The notes under the pieces: generated by a model
Seen by the model: the letters and a program-made list of their open reading frames with translations, nothing else
The model's database searches: none
Told to the model about the DNA's origin: nothing
Translations under genes and position numbers: made by a program
Shown here: piece after piece, positions 10,779-20,566 of the stretch
Numbering within the stretch: position 1 is the first letter of the stretch
How the letters are laid out: each line of letters opens with the position of its first letter
Source of the DNA: Nitrosopumilus sp.
GTDB lineage: Archaea > Thermoproteota > Nitrososphaeria > Nitrososphaerales > Nitrosopumilaceae
Assembly (NCBI GenBank): GCA_965207075.1
Contig: CBDBLO010000002.1
Span: 1,344,001 to 1,408,000, forward strand
Direction of reading: 5' to 3'
DNA: 64,000 nucleotides

Positions 10779-11209
10779 GCGCGGTACTCTCTGAGTTTGA
10801 GCAAGCCATTGGGCGCGGGCTGTTCAGGGTGCCCGAATGCACAGAATGCGGCGCGGCCGTATGGCCCCCGTCAGAGTTCTGCAGTGTCTGCCTTGGCGGG
10901 GTCCGGCTTGGATCCGGATACGGCGGCGGCGGTGGCAAGAGGCTGCGGGGCCGCATAGTAGAGTGCAGCATGGAAATACCTGCCGGGCGGCTCGCCGGCG
11001 GCAGCAGCGTTAGGCGCTCGTTCTTTTGTCTGGTTGCATTTGAGTGCGGCATACGGCTGATTGCACGGCTTGTGGCGCCCACGCCGCCGGCGCCTGGCGA
11101 CTTGGTGGTGCTGAGCTCCTGCGGCATGGGCCCAAACGGATCGGGCTACGTATTCGAGGTCTCCGCGCCAGATGCCTCAGAGTACCCTGCAAGCCCGGCG
11201 AATATGTAG
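10775..11209 (+). CDS. DUF35-type Zn-ribbon/OB-fold protein (thiolase partner)
   Basis: CTECG...WPPSEFCSVC zinc ribbon; ATGA-coupled to the thiolase. Confidence 0.85.
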   Translation: MSAVLSEFEQAIGRGLFRVPECTECGAAVWPPSEFCSVCLGGVRLGSGYGGGGGKRLRGRIVECSMEIPAGRLAGGSSVRRSFFCLVAFECGIRLIARLVAPTPPAPGDLVVLSSCGMGPNGSGYVFEVSAPDASEYPASPANM

Positions 11210-12036
11210 GGCGTCTCTTTATCCTGATCAAACGTCCAGACAGTCGGAAGGCTTATCACGCGCCTTGCCGACAGTCCGTACTTTGCTATTATGGACTCCC
11301 ACCCTCCCAGGCCGCCCGCTCCCTCTTTTCTCCTCCTTGCTGCGGGGCCGCTGCTGTCCCCCTCGCCTGCAAGTATCACGACGGCCTCCGACATGACGGA
11401 GCCGCCGCAGTCTTTGATCTTTTCAAGTAGTCCCTCAGCCAGCATCTCCCCGCCCATCTGCGGCAGTCCTCCCACGGCAAACGCGGGCCTCGTGATATCC
11501 ATGCCGCCGTAGTCCGCCGCAAGCGCGTCCATGCATACGGGGCCGAAGTCCGTCCCCGTCGAGGCCGCCACCTCCTCTTGAAGTTTGACAAGCGAGTCGT
11601 CTATCTCTATGCTGTGCGCCTTCATTCCAAGCAGGGCGGCGCAAAACGCGATGCGTCCGTCGCCGGACCCGATGTCGACTAGTTCGGTGCAGCCAAACCC
11701 CTTGGCGGCCGCGGCCAGGACGTACGCAGAAGCCAGCCACGTGGGGTAGAACGGCTGGCAGCTTGTCCCGTGCTTTATGCTGCCAAGCCAGTACTCGTTT
11801 ATGTCCCCCTCGTATATGGTGCACTCCGTGCCCGCCAGATCCTGCCGGAACGAGCCGTGGTATATCGGGTTGGACGCGGCAAACCCGTGGAGGGCCCTCA
11901 GGTGAGACTTCTCGATTGGGAATGTCTCATTTGACGGTCTTACGGGAAGCGCCTCCTGTATGTGAGCTCCTCTGGAGTAACTCTTGGACATCTCCCTCTT
12001 TACGAACGTAATCCCATCTGCGATTGTACTGTACAC
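11146..12036 (-). CDS. Class I SAM-dependent methyltransferase-like protein
   Basis: LVDIGSGDGRI motif I followed by SIEID. Confidence 0.8.
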   Translation of the reverse strand: MYSTIADGITFVKREMSKSYSRGAHIQEALPVRPSNETFPIEKSHLRALHGFAASNPIYHGSFRQDLAGTECTIYEGDINEYWLGSIKHGTSCQPFYPTWLASAYVLAAAAKGFGCTELVDIGSGDGRIAFCAALLGMKAHSIEIDDSLVKLQEEVAASTGTDFGPVCMDALAADYGGMDITRPAFAVGGLPQMGGEMLAEGLLEKIKDCGGSVMSEAVVILAGEGDSSGPAARRRKEGAGGLGGWESIIAKYGLSARRVISLPTVWTFDQDKETPYIFAGLAGYSEASGAETSNT

Positions 12037-12559
12037 TGCAGATGCGTAGGGAAGGGCGCTGATAAACGCATTGTGCGGGGCGCGTGCGTGGATGAGGGAG
12101 GGGGGGGGGGGGCGCGTGTGGAGGTAGAGGAAAAAATTAGAAAACAGAGTTTATCCAAGTGACGTCACATCAAAAGTCGGAGATTCCGAGTAACTGGAGG
12201 CCAGACCCGCCAAAGACAGAGCAGATTGTTCGTAAAATGCAAAAGGACGAAAGTAACACGGGGCAGGTCGCCAAGAGTTTCCCGCCCCGATGCACAGCTA
12301 TAGTTAAATTTGTGCCATGCGATGCTGTCACTGGTGTACGGGATGCTTGCAAACCACGGCCGCATTGAGGGAACATCTTTTTGGATGCCCCGGCGGAGCG
12401 CCGTTGCACCACACGTGATAAGCCGGTCTTGGAGCTGGCCGATAAACAGAACAGGTCGCGGCGCCGTTGTTTTTACGGCGCATGGTTTGGGCAGCTCCCG
12501 GGCCAACTGTCCGGCATCTGTCGGCAAATTAAGCGGGCCAAGTTTGATATGGTGAAGGC

Positions 12560-13696
12560 ATGAGGATCCGAATCTTCGACACCACGCTACGAGACGGGGA
12601 GCAGACAGTCGGGATATCACTGACCCCTGATCAAAAACTCGAAATCGCAAAAAGACTTGACGCGCTGGGGGTGGACGTAATCGAGGCCGGCTTTCCGACG
12701 ACGTCAGAGGGCGAGCGGCAAGCGGCAAGGATGATAACAGACGAAGGACTGTCGTCTGAAATCTGCGGAATGACAAGGGCCAACAAAAGGGACATCGACG
12801 TTGCCGCCGACACGGGGCTGAGTTACATCAACACCTTTGTTGCGACCTCGGACATTCACCTAAAACACAACCGTGAAATGACCAAGGCCCAGGCGATTGA
12901 ACAGGCAGTCGAGGCAGTCGAGTATGCAAAGTCCAGGGGTTTGAAGGTGGAGTTCGGGGCAGTGGACGCGACAAGAACCGAGAGGGGGTTCTTGAGGGAC
13001 ATACTTGGCGAGGTCGCAAAGGCAGGGGCCTATACAGTTACCATTCCGGACACTACCGGATGCGCCACCCCGGAGTACATGGCCGAACTCACGCGCGACG
13101 CCGTATCCGCCGCGGCCGGCACCCCGGTAAGCGTTCACTGTCACAACGACTTTGGGCTGGCGGTGGCAAATACGCTGTCCGGAATCAGGGCCGGGGCCTT
13201 TTGCGCGCAAGTGACGATCAACGGGATCGGGGAGAGGGCCGGGAACGCGTCACTAGAGGAGCTTGCAATGGCGCTAAAGTGCCTCCGGTATGATCAAAAG
13301 TACGAGACGGGGATAAAGTCCGAACGGATCTATGACACGTCAAGGTTCATATCCAAAGTCATGGGAATACGGGTGCAGCCAAACAAGGCGGTCGTAGGCG
13401 ACAACGCGTTTAGCCACGAGGATGAGATTCACACCGATGCCATGCTGGACAATCAGATGACATACGAGCCGTTCAGTCCCGAACTAGTGGGGCGAAAGCA
13501 CCAGATCTACGTGGGGAAGCACACCGGAGTCCTGGGACTGAACGCCGCCCTGGGCAACTACGGCATCAGACCGACAGAGGGACAGTCAAGGCGGATCCTA
13601 GACCGGGTCAAGGCGTCGGCCGACCAGGGAGCGAGGATTACCGACGCGCAGATGTTGCTGATCACGCGCGAGGTCCTTGGTGAAGAGCGAGACTAG
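12560..13696 (+). CDS. LeuA/2-isopropylmalate synthase-like DRE-TIM enzyme lacking the C-terminal regulatory domain (divergent paralog)
   Basis: [44 protein letters not shown]; ends at 378 aa. Confidence 0.9.
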   Translation: MRIRIFDTTLRDGEQTVGISLTPDQKLEIAKRLDALGVDVIEAGFPTTSEGERQAARMITDEGLSSEICGMTRANKRDIDVAADTGLSYINTFVATSDIHLKHNREMTKAQAIEQAVEAVEYAKSRGLKVEFGAVDATRTERGFLRDILGEVAKAGAYTVTIPDTTGCATPEYMAELTRDAVSAAAGTPVSVHCHNDFGLAVANTLSGIRAGAFCAQVTINGIGERAGNASLEELAMALKCLRYDQKYETGIKSERIYDTSRFISKVMGIRVQPNKAVVGDNAFSHEDEIHTDAMLDNQMTYEPFSPELVGRKHQIYVGKHTGVLGLNAALGNYGIRPTEGQSRRILDRVKASADQGARITDAQMLLITREVLGEERD

Positions 13697-14023
13697 CGAC
13701 GGCCACGCGTCAGGGCGACCTCGACAAAAGGACACCGCCCAGAGGGCGGGCCTGCCGGTCTTGTGATGCAGATGATCGATTTTGCCGTTGCTGCTGCCGC
13801 TGGGACAGGCCGCGCATTATTCCTGTGATCTGCAATAAGGGGCCAGTCCTGTGTCCGTTTGGCACGGTACGCGTTTTATTGGCGGGGCTTGGGGAAGATC
13901 AGCAATGACACGCTTGCGTCCGCACCTGCACAGAAAGGCGCCGACGAGACGACGCGGAGCGCGGTCACTAGTGTGCCGCCACACATTAACATCTATTTAA
14001 GCAGCACATCCGTAACGCCCATC

Positions 14024-14938
14024 ATGAAGGAATCCCGCAAGATATGGATGGACGGCCGCCTGGTGCCGTTCCAGGACGCAAAGGTGCACGTCTTGACGCA
14101 CGCGCTGCACTACTCCACGGCGGTATTTGACGGCATCAGGTACTACAACACGCGCGAAGGCCCCGCAATATTCAGGCTTGAGGATCACGTAGAGAGGCTG
14201 TTCCGCTCGGCCAAGATATACTCTATGAAGATCAGATATACCAGACGGCAGGTCCGCGATGCCATAATCGATACGGTGCGCGCGTGCGGGCTCAAGGAGG
14301 GTTACATACGCCCCCTGGCATACTACGGGTACGGCGAGACGGGCCTCACGCCTACGAGGAACAAGGTTGATCTCTCCATATCGTGCTGGCCCTGGAAGAT
14401 GGGCGAATCGAAGGCCGGCAAGTTTTCCGGTGCACGACGCATGGTGTCAAGCTGGGTCAGGATAGACCCCAGGGCCCAGCCCATACAGGCAAAGGTGGCC
14501 GCCAACTATTCTAGTGCCGCGCTCGCAAGGATCGAGGCGTCTGAGAACGGGTACGACGAGGCCATCATACTGAACACAGACGGCAGGGTGGCAGAGGGCT
14601 GCGTCGAGAACATATTCGTATGCAGGGACGGCTCGATACTGACGCCGCCGCTCTCGACTGGGTGCCTGGACGGCATCACGAGGGACAGCGTGACGCGAAT
14701 AGCAGAGGCAGACGGGATGGATGTCGCAGAGTACGACTTGTACAGGGACGACCTGTATGTCGCGGACGAGGTGTTCATGACAGGCACGGTCGCAGAGATA
14801 AGGTCGGTCACGCAGGTGGACAGGGCCAGAATTGGAACAGGACGCATGGGCCGAATTACAAAAGGACTGCAAAAGTCGTTTGCAGATGTCGTAGCGGGCA
14901 GGGACGGCAGGTTCAGGCAGTGGCTGACTGTCATCTGA
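14024..14938 (+). CDS. ilvE: Branched-chain amino acid aminotransferase family protein (fold type IV), divergent
   Basis: HALHYS, IFRL..H..RL, YIRP, AKVAANY (PLP Lys), LDGITRDSV; TATTTAAG box at about 13994. Confidence 0.9.
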   Translation: MKESRKIWMDGRLVPFQDAKVHVLTHALHYSTAVFDGIRYYNTREGPAIFRLEDHVERLFRSAKIYSMKIRYTRRQVRDAIIDTVRACGLKEGYIRPLAYYGYGETGLTPTRNKVDLSISCWPWKMGESKAGKFSGARRMVSSWVRIDPRAQPIQAKVAANYSSAALARIEASENGYDEAIILNTDGRVAEGCVENIFVCRDGSILTPPLSTGCLDGITRDSVTRIAEADGMDVAEYDLYRDDLYVADEVFMTGTVAEIRSVTQVDRARIGTGRMGRITKGLQKSFADVVAGRDGRFRQWLTVI

Positions 14939-15164
14939 CAGGTATAGCGCCTAGCATGTGACGGCCTCGGCCTGCAGCCGGCGAATCGCCATCCCACGGC
15001 GCCACGGCTTGGAGGCATGGCCGACTTACGTCCCGCCTGCGGGTCAGTCGGACGGACTGCGCCGTGTCGCAGGGCCGCACCCCCTTGGCGGAGCGGATTG
15101 GGGAATCGCGCAGCACGCCACATCTGACATAACGCTAATATTGCTTCCTTCCTACACTGTACCA

Positions 15165-17777
15165 TTGGCCAGCCGCCCATTATTCTTGTTACTTGCACTT
15201 TCTCTAATTGCAGCCGGGGCGTCCGGGGCGGCGTATGCCGACATGGACAACCCATCGCCCGCAAAACAGGTTGCAAAAGGCACGGCGCCAGAGGACGTCG
15301 CATGCAACGGCGAGCGCGTACTGATGCTCAAGGCAAACGGTGATCCGATCTGCGCACTCCCCTCGTCGGTGGACCGCCTGGCCGCCATGGAATTTGCGAC
15401 CATAGTTGAGGCTGCCTCAATAGACATGGAGGCGGCGGAGCCCGAAGACGTCGAGATGGCGTCCCCCGAGGATGCGGCAGAACCGGAGTCCGCCCTTGTG
15501 GTGTCGATGACCATGTTTAGCGACCGATTTGCCGTTATGAAGGAGGATGTCAGGACCTTGGTTGCCGAGTCCATCGAAGCGTACGAGTCGGACGGCGAAG
15601 GCGCACTTGATGCAATAACCGCGGGCGCAGAGACGTACGATGCAGAATCGCCGTATGTGTTTGTAATCGACTACGACACGCTGACCATACTTGCGCACGG
15701 ATTCAATACCACCCTGGTCGGCACCATGTCGAGCGCGCTAGACGACGGCGAAAAGACGTACGACGAGATCAAGGCCGAGCTTGACGAGGACGGCGAGACT
15801 TGGGTCATGTATCCGTTTACAAACCCCGCAACCGAGAAGATGCAGACTAAAAAGTCGTACCTCGCGCTGCACGGCAGCCACATATTTGCCAGTGGATTCT
15901 ACCTCAATGATCTTGAAGCCGAGATGATCGTAGCAATGTGGGTTGCAAACTCGGCGGCCGGATTGTACGACGAGCACGGGACCGACTCGTTTGGCATGAT
16001 AACTGATGCCGCCGAGGACTACGTGCCGGGAGGCACCTATCCGTTTGCCGTCGACATTGAAGCCGGGGTGGTGGTGGCGCACGGTGCCGACGCGGCCCGC
16101 GTGGGCGACGTGTCCGTGTCCGTTACAGACTCGAACAAGCCCCTTGAACTGATCCGGGCAGAGTCCGAACTCAACGGCGGCGCCTGGGTGACGTACACGT
16201 TTACGAACTTTGAGACTCAGGCAGAGGAGATAAAGCTCTCCTGGCTTGTGATACGCGACGGCTACGCGTTCGGGGCGGGATTCTACCCCGACGAATTCCA
16301 GACGAAAAAGATCAACGCCATCATGTCTACTGACAACGCCCTTGCGATGTATGCCGAGGGCGGGCAGGACGCCTTTGCCGAGATTACGGCCCTCAACGTC
16401 GAGGAGGAGTGGTATCCGTTTGTAATGGACTCGGAGGCAAACACGGAGCTCGCAGACGGTTCCATACTAGACCGGACAGGCCAGAAGATCTGGGAGCCGT
16501 ACCAGATGAGCGCGGCCATCCGGGACTCCAGGGGCGCGTTTGACGAGGGACAGGGGGTGTTCGGAAAGTACGTGTTCTTGAACCCCGAGACCGGCGAGGA
16601 GCAGGCCAAAAAGGCATGGTTCATCATGCACGACGGCTACATATTCGGAGCCGGGTTCTACCTGACAGGCGAGTACGCCGAGAAGACAGAGGTTATGTGG
16701 TCCGTGGGCACCACTGTCGAGATGTACAAGGAGCTTGGAATGGACGCGACGTTTGCGGCCGTAGACGCAATGAACACGGACTATCCGTCGTACCCGTTCG
16801 TGCTTGACGACATGCTTGTAATCGCGGCGCACGGCGCGAACACGGATATTGTCGGGGGATACCTGTTTGATATAGTCACTCCGGACAAGGACGCGGAGCA
16901 GATAATGGAGGAGCTGGCAGGCGACGGGGCCCGAACGTGGATAACCTATACGTTTGTGAACCCCGAGACCGGCGAGGACGCCGAGAAGGTCACGCTGCTT
17001 GAGATGCACGACGGCTACATATTCGCAGCCGGCTACTATATGGATCCCGAACCGCCGGTAGCGGAGGTCTCATTTGACGACGCGGAGCAGGCCTGGCTTG
17101 AGGATCATCCGGTGATAACGGTCGCGTATGACCCTGCATGGCCCCCGTACGAGTACGTGGATGACGAGGGAAGCCTTGCCGGGGTGTCCGGAGCCATTGC
17201 AGACGCGCTCGAGGGCATGACCGGCTCCCAGTTCGCGGAGGCGGATCCCGTAATTGAATCTTGGAACGATGCGCTCGACCGCATGAAAGACGGAACGGCC
17301 GACGTTCTGTTCGTGGTCGAGAACACTGCCGAGAGGGACGAATACATGGACTTTACGGAGCCGTGGATAACAATACCAATCTCTATAATCACGCTTGAGG
17401 AGAACGCTGATGTCATAACGTCCGAGAACCTTGCAGAATACAGGGTGGTGACGGTGGACGGCTATGCCGTGGAGACCTGGCTGGATGAGAACATGCCTGA
17501 CGTGGCGTACGAGTCTGCCGACTCCGCACAGGCGGCGCTGACCATGGTATCAGACGACAGCGCCGATGCATTTTTGGACGTGTGGGAAGTTGCAAGATAC
17601 ATTGCGGCCAGTAACGGCATCGAGAACCTGGCAGAAGCGGGTACGATTGCCGACGAGTACACGCTGTCGGTAGGATACACGGAGGGCGACGACACGCTTG
17701 GCGGCATACTGCAAAAGATGCTCGACGCCATGTCCAAAGGCGAGATTGAGCGCATCGTAAACGAGGCCGTCTCGTAG
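15165..17777 (+). CDS. Secreted protein: four tandem single-Cache domains plus a C-terminal family 3 solute-binding domain
   Basis: Signal peptide; N-terminal SPAKQ...C...C motif; four ~120-aa repeats (YxFv...AHG...W..Y.F.NP.T....K...HDGYIF.AGFY); then FDDAEQAWLEDHPVITVAYDPAWPPYEY...RDEYMDFTEPW; TTG start inferred. Confidence 0.85.
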   Translation: MASRPLFLLLALSLIAAGASGAAYADMDNPSPAKQVAKGTAPEDVACNGERVLMLKANGDPICALPSSVDRLAAMEFATIVEAASIDMEAAEPEDVEMASPEDAAEPESALVVSMTMFSDRFAVMKEDVRTLVAESIEAYESDGEGALDAITAGAETYDAESPYVFVIDYDTLTILAHGFNTTLVGTMSSALDDGEKTYDEIKAELDEDGETWVMYPFTNPATEKMQTKKSYLALHGSHIFASGFYLNDLEAEMIVAMWVANSAAGLYDEHGTDSFGMITDAAEDYVPGGTYPFAVDIEAGVVVAHGADAARVGDVSVSVTDSNKPLELIRAESELNGGAWVTYTFTNFETQAEEIKLSWLVIRDGYAFGAGFYPDEFQTKKINAIMSTDNALAMYAEGGQDAFAEITALNVEEEWYPFVMDSEANTELADGSILDRTGQKIWEPYQMSAAIRDSRGAFDEGQGVFGKYVFLNPETGEEQAKKAWFIMHDGYIFGAGFYLTGEYAEKTEVMWSVGTTVEMYKELGMDATFAAVDAMNTDYPSYPFVLDDMLVIAAHGANTDIVGGYLFDIVTPDKDAEQIMEELAGDGARTWITYTFVNPETGEDAEKVTLLEMHDGYIFAAGYYMDPEPPVAEVSFDDAEQAWLEDHPVITVAYDPAWPPYEYVDDEGSLAGVSGAIADALEGMTGSQFAEADPVIESWNDALDRMKDGTADVLFVVENTAERDEYMDFTEPWITIPISIITLEENADVITSENLAEYRVVTVDGYAVETWLDENMPDVAYESADSAQAALTMVSDDSADAFLDVWEVARYIAASNGIENLAEAGTIADEYTLSVGYTEGDDTLGGILQKMLDAMSKGEIERIVNEAVS

Positions 17778-17886
17778 AACACGCGTCGGCTACGGCGGCA
17801 CCTAGATGCTTTGCAACCTGCATCCCAAACGCGGCTTCCTTTTTGGTGCGGGCGCCGCCGTACTGCAGTCCGGCCCGCCGCCACAG

Positions 17887-18636
17887 CTAGTTGCCGCGAT
17901 ACCATGGATCGTATCCGAGCCTATCGAGGAAGTGCTCCCACGACTTGAACTCTCTTTTGTAGTCTGATATGGCAAACCGCGAGTGTTCCAGCATGTCCTG
18001 CGGCGTCGGAACCCTGCCCGCCTTGGCCCTTGCCATCTCAAAGTCCGCTATCAGAGATATCTTGTTGGGCTCGCTGCCGACGGCGTGCCTCACCACCTCG
18101 CCAAACCCTGCGTCAAACTCCGTCGCGATGTCCGATGCGGTCCACCCGTGCCGCAGAGGAAAGCCCTCGGCCAGATTTTCGGGATCATGGCCCATGCGGG
18201 CCATGAGCGCGCCGAGCTCCTTGAGCATCAGGGCACGTTTTTTGTTAAAGTAAGACAGGTCTATGCGCGGATGCTCCTCCTCCTCTTTGTCACCTCCCGC
18301 CCACAAGGACGCGCCTCTGGGGCCCCTGCCTGCCCCCCTCATCCCGAACTCGTCCGTGGCGGTCATGGAGCCTGCGTCATAAGCGTTGCTCCGCAGCTTT
18401 GACTTGTACACTATGTTCCTTGGATTGCGCCTGACCCTGTAGTTGCAGCAGTTGCAGAACCATCCCTTCGAGCCCGCCGTGGCGGGCCTGCCACCAAATA
18501 GGTGCGCCCCCTGGTGGTCTATCCACATGTCACACGTCTGGCACCTTGCCTGCCCCGCCACGTACCTTCCCCCGGCCGCAGGCTTCTTTACGCCGTAGTT
18601 TTTGCACGTGCCGTCGCAGATGCGCTTGAGGGCCAC
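17887..18636 (-). CDS. Cys-rich Zn-finger protein with a C-terminal homing-endonuclease-associated repeat-like domain
   Basis: CDGTC, CQTC, CNCC at the N-terminus; GRVPT..D.......Y.REF.SW....LG at the C-terminus. Confidence 0.7.
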   Translation of the reverse strand: MALKRICDGTCKNYGVKKPAAGGRYVAGQARCQTCDMWIDHQGAHLFGGRPATAGSKGWFCNCCNYRVRRNPRNIVYKSKLRSNAYDAGSMTATDEFGMRGAGRGPRGASLWAGGDKEEEEHPRIDLSYFNKKRALMLKELGALMARMGHDPENLAEGFPLRHGWTASDIATEFDAGFGEVVRHAVGSEPNKISLIADFEMARAKAGRVPTPQDMLEHSRFAISDYKREFKSWEHFLDRLGYDPWYRGN

Positions 18637-18807
18637 GGCATGTATGGGCGCGCGAGATATAACCGTTTTTCGTAGGCGCGACTTTAAATTTGATCATCGG
18701 CCCCCACCCCTCCGGAATGCCCGCAGCCTGACCGCGCTGTAACTCGGACCGCGCTGTCCACGCCGCAATCAGAACAAGATATAACCGCCGTACGGGGAGT
18801 GGCTGGC

Positions 18808-19485
18808 ATGACTACGGCACGCCGGGCAAGTCCGCCCGCGCACGGCGCCCCCGATCCAGGGCAGGCCGGTGATGTGCGCGGCCGCGGCCCTGCCGCGGGA
18901 CGGCGCCAGAGTCGTGCAAAGTACGAACGCAGCGACAACGGCAGTGGCAACAGGACCGCCGCACGCACCCGCCGCCAGCGCGGCTACCAGTGGGAGGACA
19001 CACTGGTAAAGCGGTTCAACTCAAGCGAGGGATGGAGGGCCTTCCGGCTCGGCTCCCCCAGTACGGGGCTGCCGGACATACTGGCCGTGAACCCAAAGAG
19101 GGGGCACCTAGTCGTAATCGAGGCAAAGTCAGGTTCGGGCACCGCGCTGTCGGTTCCGGCCGAGCAGGTGGAGCGCTGCAGGGTATGGGCCGACACATTC
19201 TCGGCATTCAAGAAGCGCCATGTCATACTTGCCTACAAGTTCATCTCAAAGAGGCGTGTAGGGACTGCCGAGTACCGTCCAAGGGCGCTCCATGAGTTTT
19301 ACAAGGTCAGGGGCCACAGGTCGAAGACGACCGAGTGCATATGCACGTACGACGGGAGGTTCTATACAAAGCGAGAGGGGCTCGACAGCGACTACAGGGT
19401 GCCGGTCCGTGGTGCCGAGTGCGTCATGCCGTTTGAGACGCGGCAGCCCGCAGAGGCCGTCCGCGGCGCGCGAATCATTTTTTAG
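18808..19485 (+). CDS. Hjc-like PD-(D/E)xK resolvase/nuclease
   Basis: GYQWE..LV, LPDILAV, VIEAKS. Confidence 0.85.
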   Translation: MTTARRASPPAHGAPDPGQAGDVRGRGPAAGRRQSRAKYERSDNGSGNRTAARTRRQRGYQWEDTLVKRFNSSEGWRAFRLGSPSTGLPDILAVNPKRGHLVVIEAKSGSGTALSVPAEQVERCRVWADTFSAFKKRHVILAYKFISKRRVGTAEYRPRALHEFYKVRGHRSKTTECICTYDGRFYTKREGLDSDYRVPVRGAECVMPFETRQPAEAVRGARIIF

Positions 19486-19507
19486 TAGTGGGGGCGTACG
19501 ATCTGCG

Positions 19508-19960
19508 ATGTCGTCGGGCAACTTTGACGTGGAGGAGCCGGCCACCACGGAGACAAAGTCCCTGCTCGACACGGTGTCCGACACCGAGTCAGGCTCGCGC
19601 ACCAGCTTTGAGGAGTTTACCGACGAGCGGATGCTCACCAGTTACGACGTTTTTCGGACAAAGCAGATGAAGATAAAGGTGCTGGAGGTCTCCGACGAGG
19701 TCCCCTCGTCCCGGTGGAAGTTTGGCGACCGCGTCAAGGTGACAAAGATACTGGTTACGATAAAGCACCTGACTACCCAGGAGGTAGAGGAGGCGGAGTT
19801 TGACATAGAGGCAATCGAGAGGGAGCTTGCCGAAAAACGGCACTATACGTCCACAAACAGGTGGATTCCCACCGCCGACATCAAGAACGGATACGTGCTC
19901 GGGGTTCGGCACACCAGGCTGATCAGCGACGCGTCGGCGCTTGACTATATCGTATTCTGA
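19508..19960 (+). CDS. Hypothetical protein
   Basis: 150-aa ORF with strong codon bias, directly downstream of the resolvase. Confidence 0.75.
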   Translation: MSSGNFDVEEPATTETKSLLDTVSDTESGSRTSFEEFTDERMLTSYDVFRTKQMKIKVLEVSDEVPSSRWKFGDRVKVTKILVTIKHLTTQEVEEAEFDIEAIERELAEKRHYTSTNRWIPTADIKNGYVLGVRHTRLISDASALDYIVF

Positions 19961-20142
19961 GCTCATGCATGCGGCGCACGCGCCGCTGCCCTCCCGGAAG
20001 TGCCATTCGGGCCATGGTTGTCCCTGTATCGTGGCTTGTGCGACGGAGGCCGCGCCCCGTCTGCCACAGGATGCGTCACCCCCTGCCGGAACCAGGATCA
20101 TTTTTCGTTAAAAGTTATAAGCACACCTCTCAGAGGCCCATT

Positions 20143-20478
20143 GTGAGTTCAAGGGAGTTCAGCATAAACGGAACGGATTACAGAATCATGCTGACCGATC
20201 AGGTCGTCGAGCACGTCAACACGCTGCGCAACCTGTATGGAGCCGCATACGAGGATCCGGAGAGTTTTGAGGATCTGAGCGCGGAGATATCCGAGACGAT
20301 CCACGAGATCGCATCAGGGGTGGAGCCGCCCGTGGACGACAGCGATCTCGACGGCATGATTCAAGAGGTGATAAGGGCCGTGGACAGCAAGGCCGAGGCC
20401 AGGGAGAACGAGCTTAACGAAAAGCAGGCGCCGGCAAGCGGCCGCCGGAAGAGCCGGAACCCGGCGCGGCGGCGGTGA
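20143..20478 (+). CDS. Hypothetical acidic protein
   Basis: GTG start about 25 nt after a TTATAA box; genome-typical codon usage. Confidence 0.7.
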   Translation: MSSREFSINGTDYRIMLTDQVVEHVNTLRNLYGAAYEDPESFEDLSAEISETIHEIASGVEPPVDDSDLDGMIQEVIRAVDSKAEARENELNEKQAPASGRRKSRNPARRR

Positions 20479-20566
20479 CTGGCCGGCGCGGCGGATCCTG
20501 CGGCGTGCCGGGCCGGACGCCGCGCCTGGAGCATCTATTATATGCTGATCCCGCATATCATATGTG

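Noticed and set aside
8419-11209. LLM-thiolase-DUF35 cluster as a novel pathway
   Set aside because: Thiolase/DUF35 pairing is well known in archaea and nothing here shows a new function
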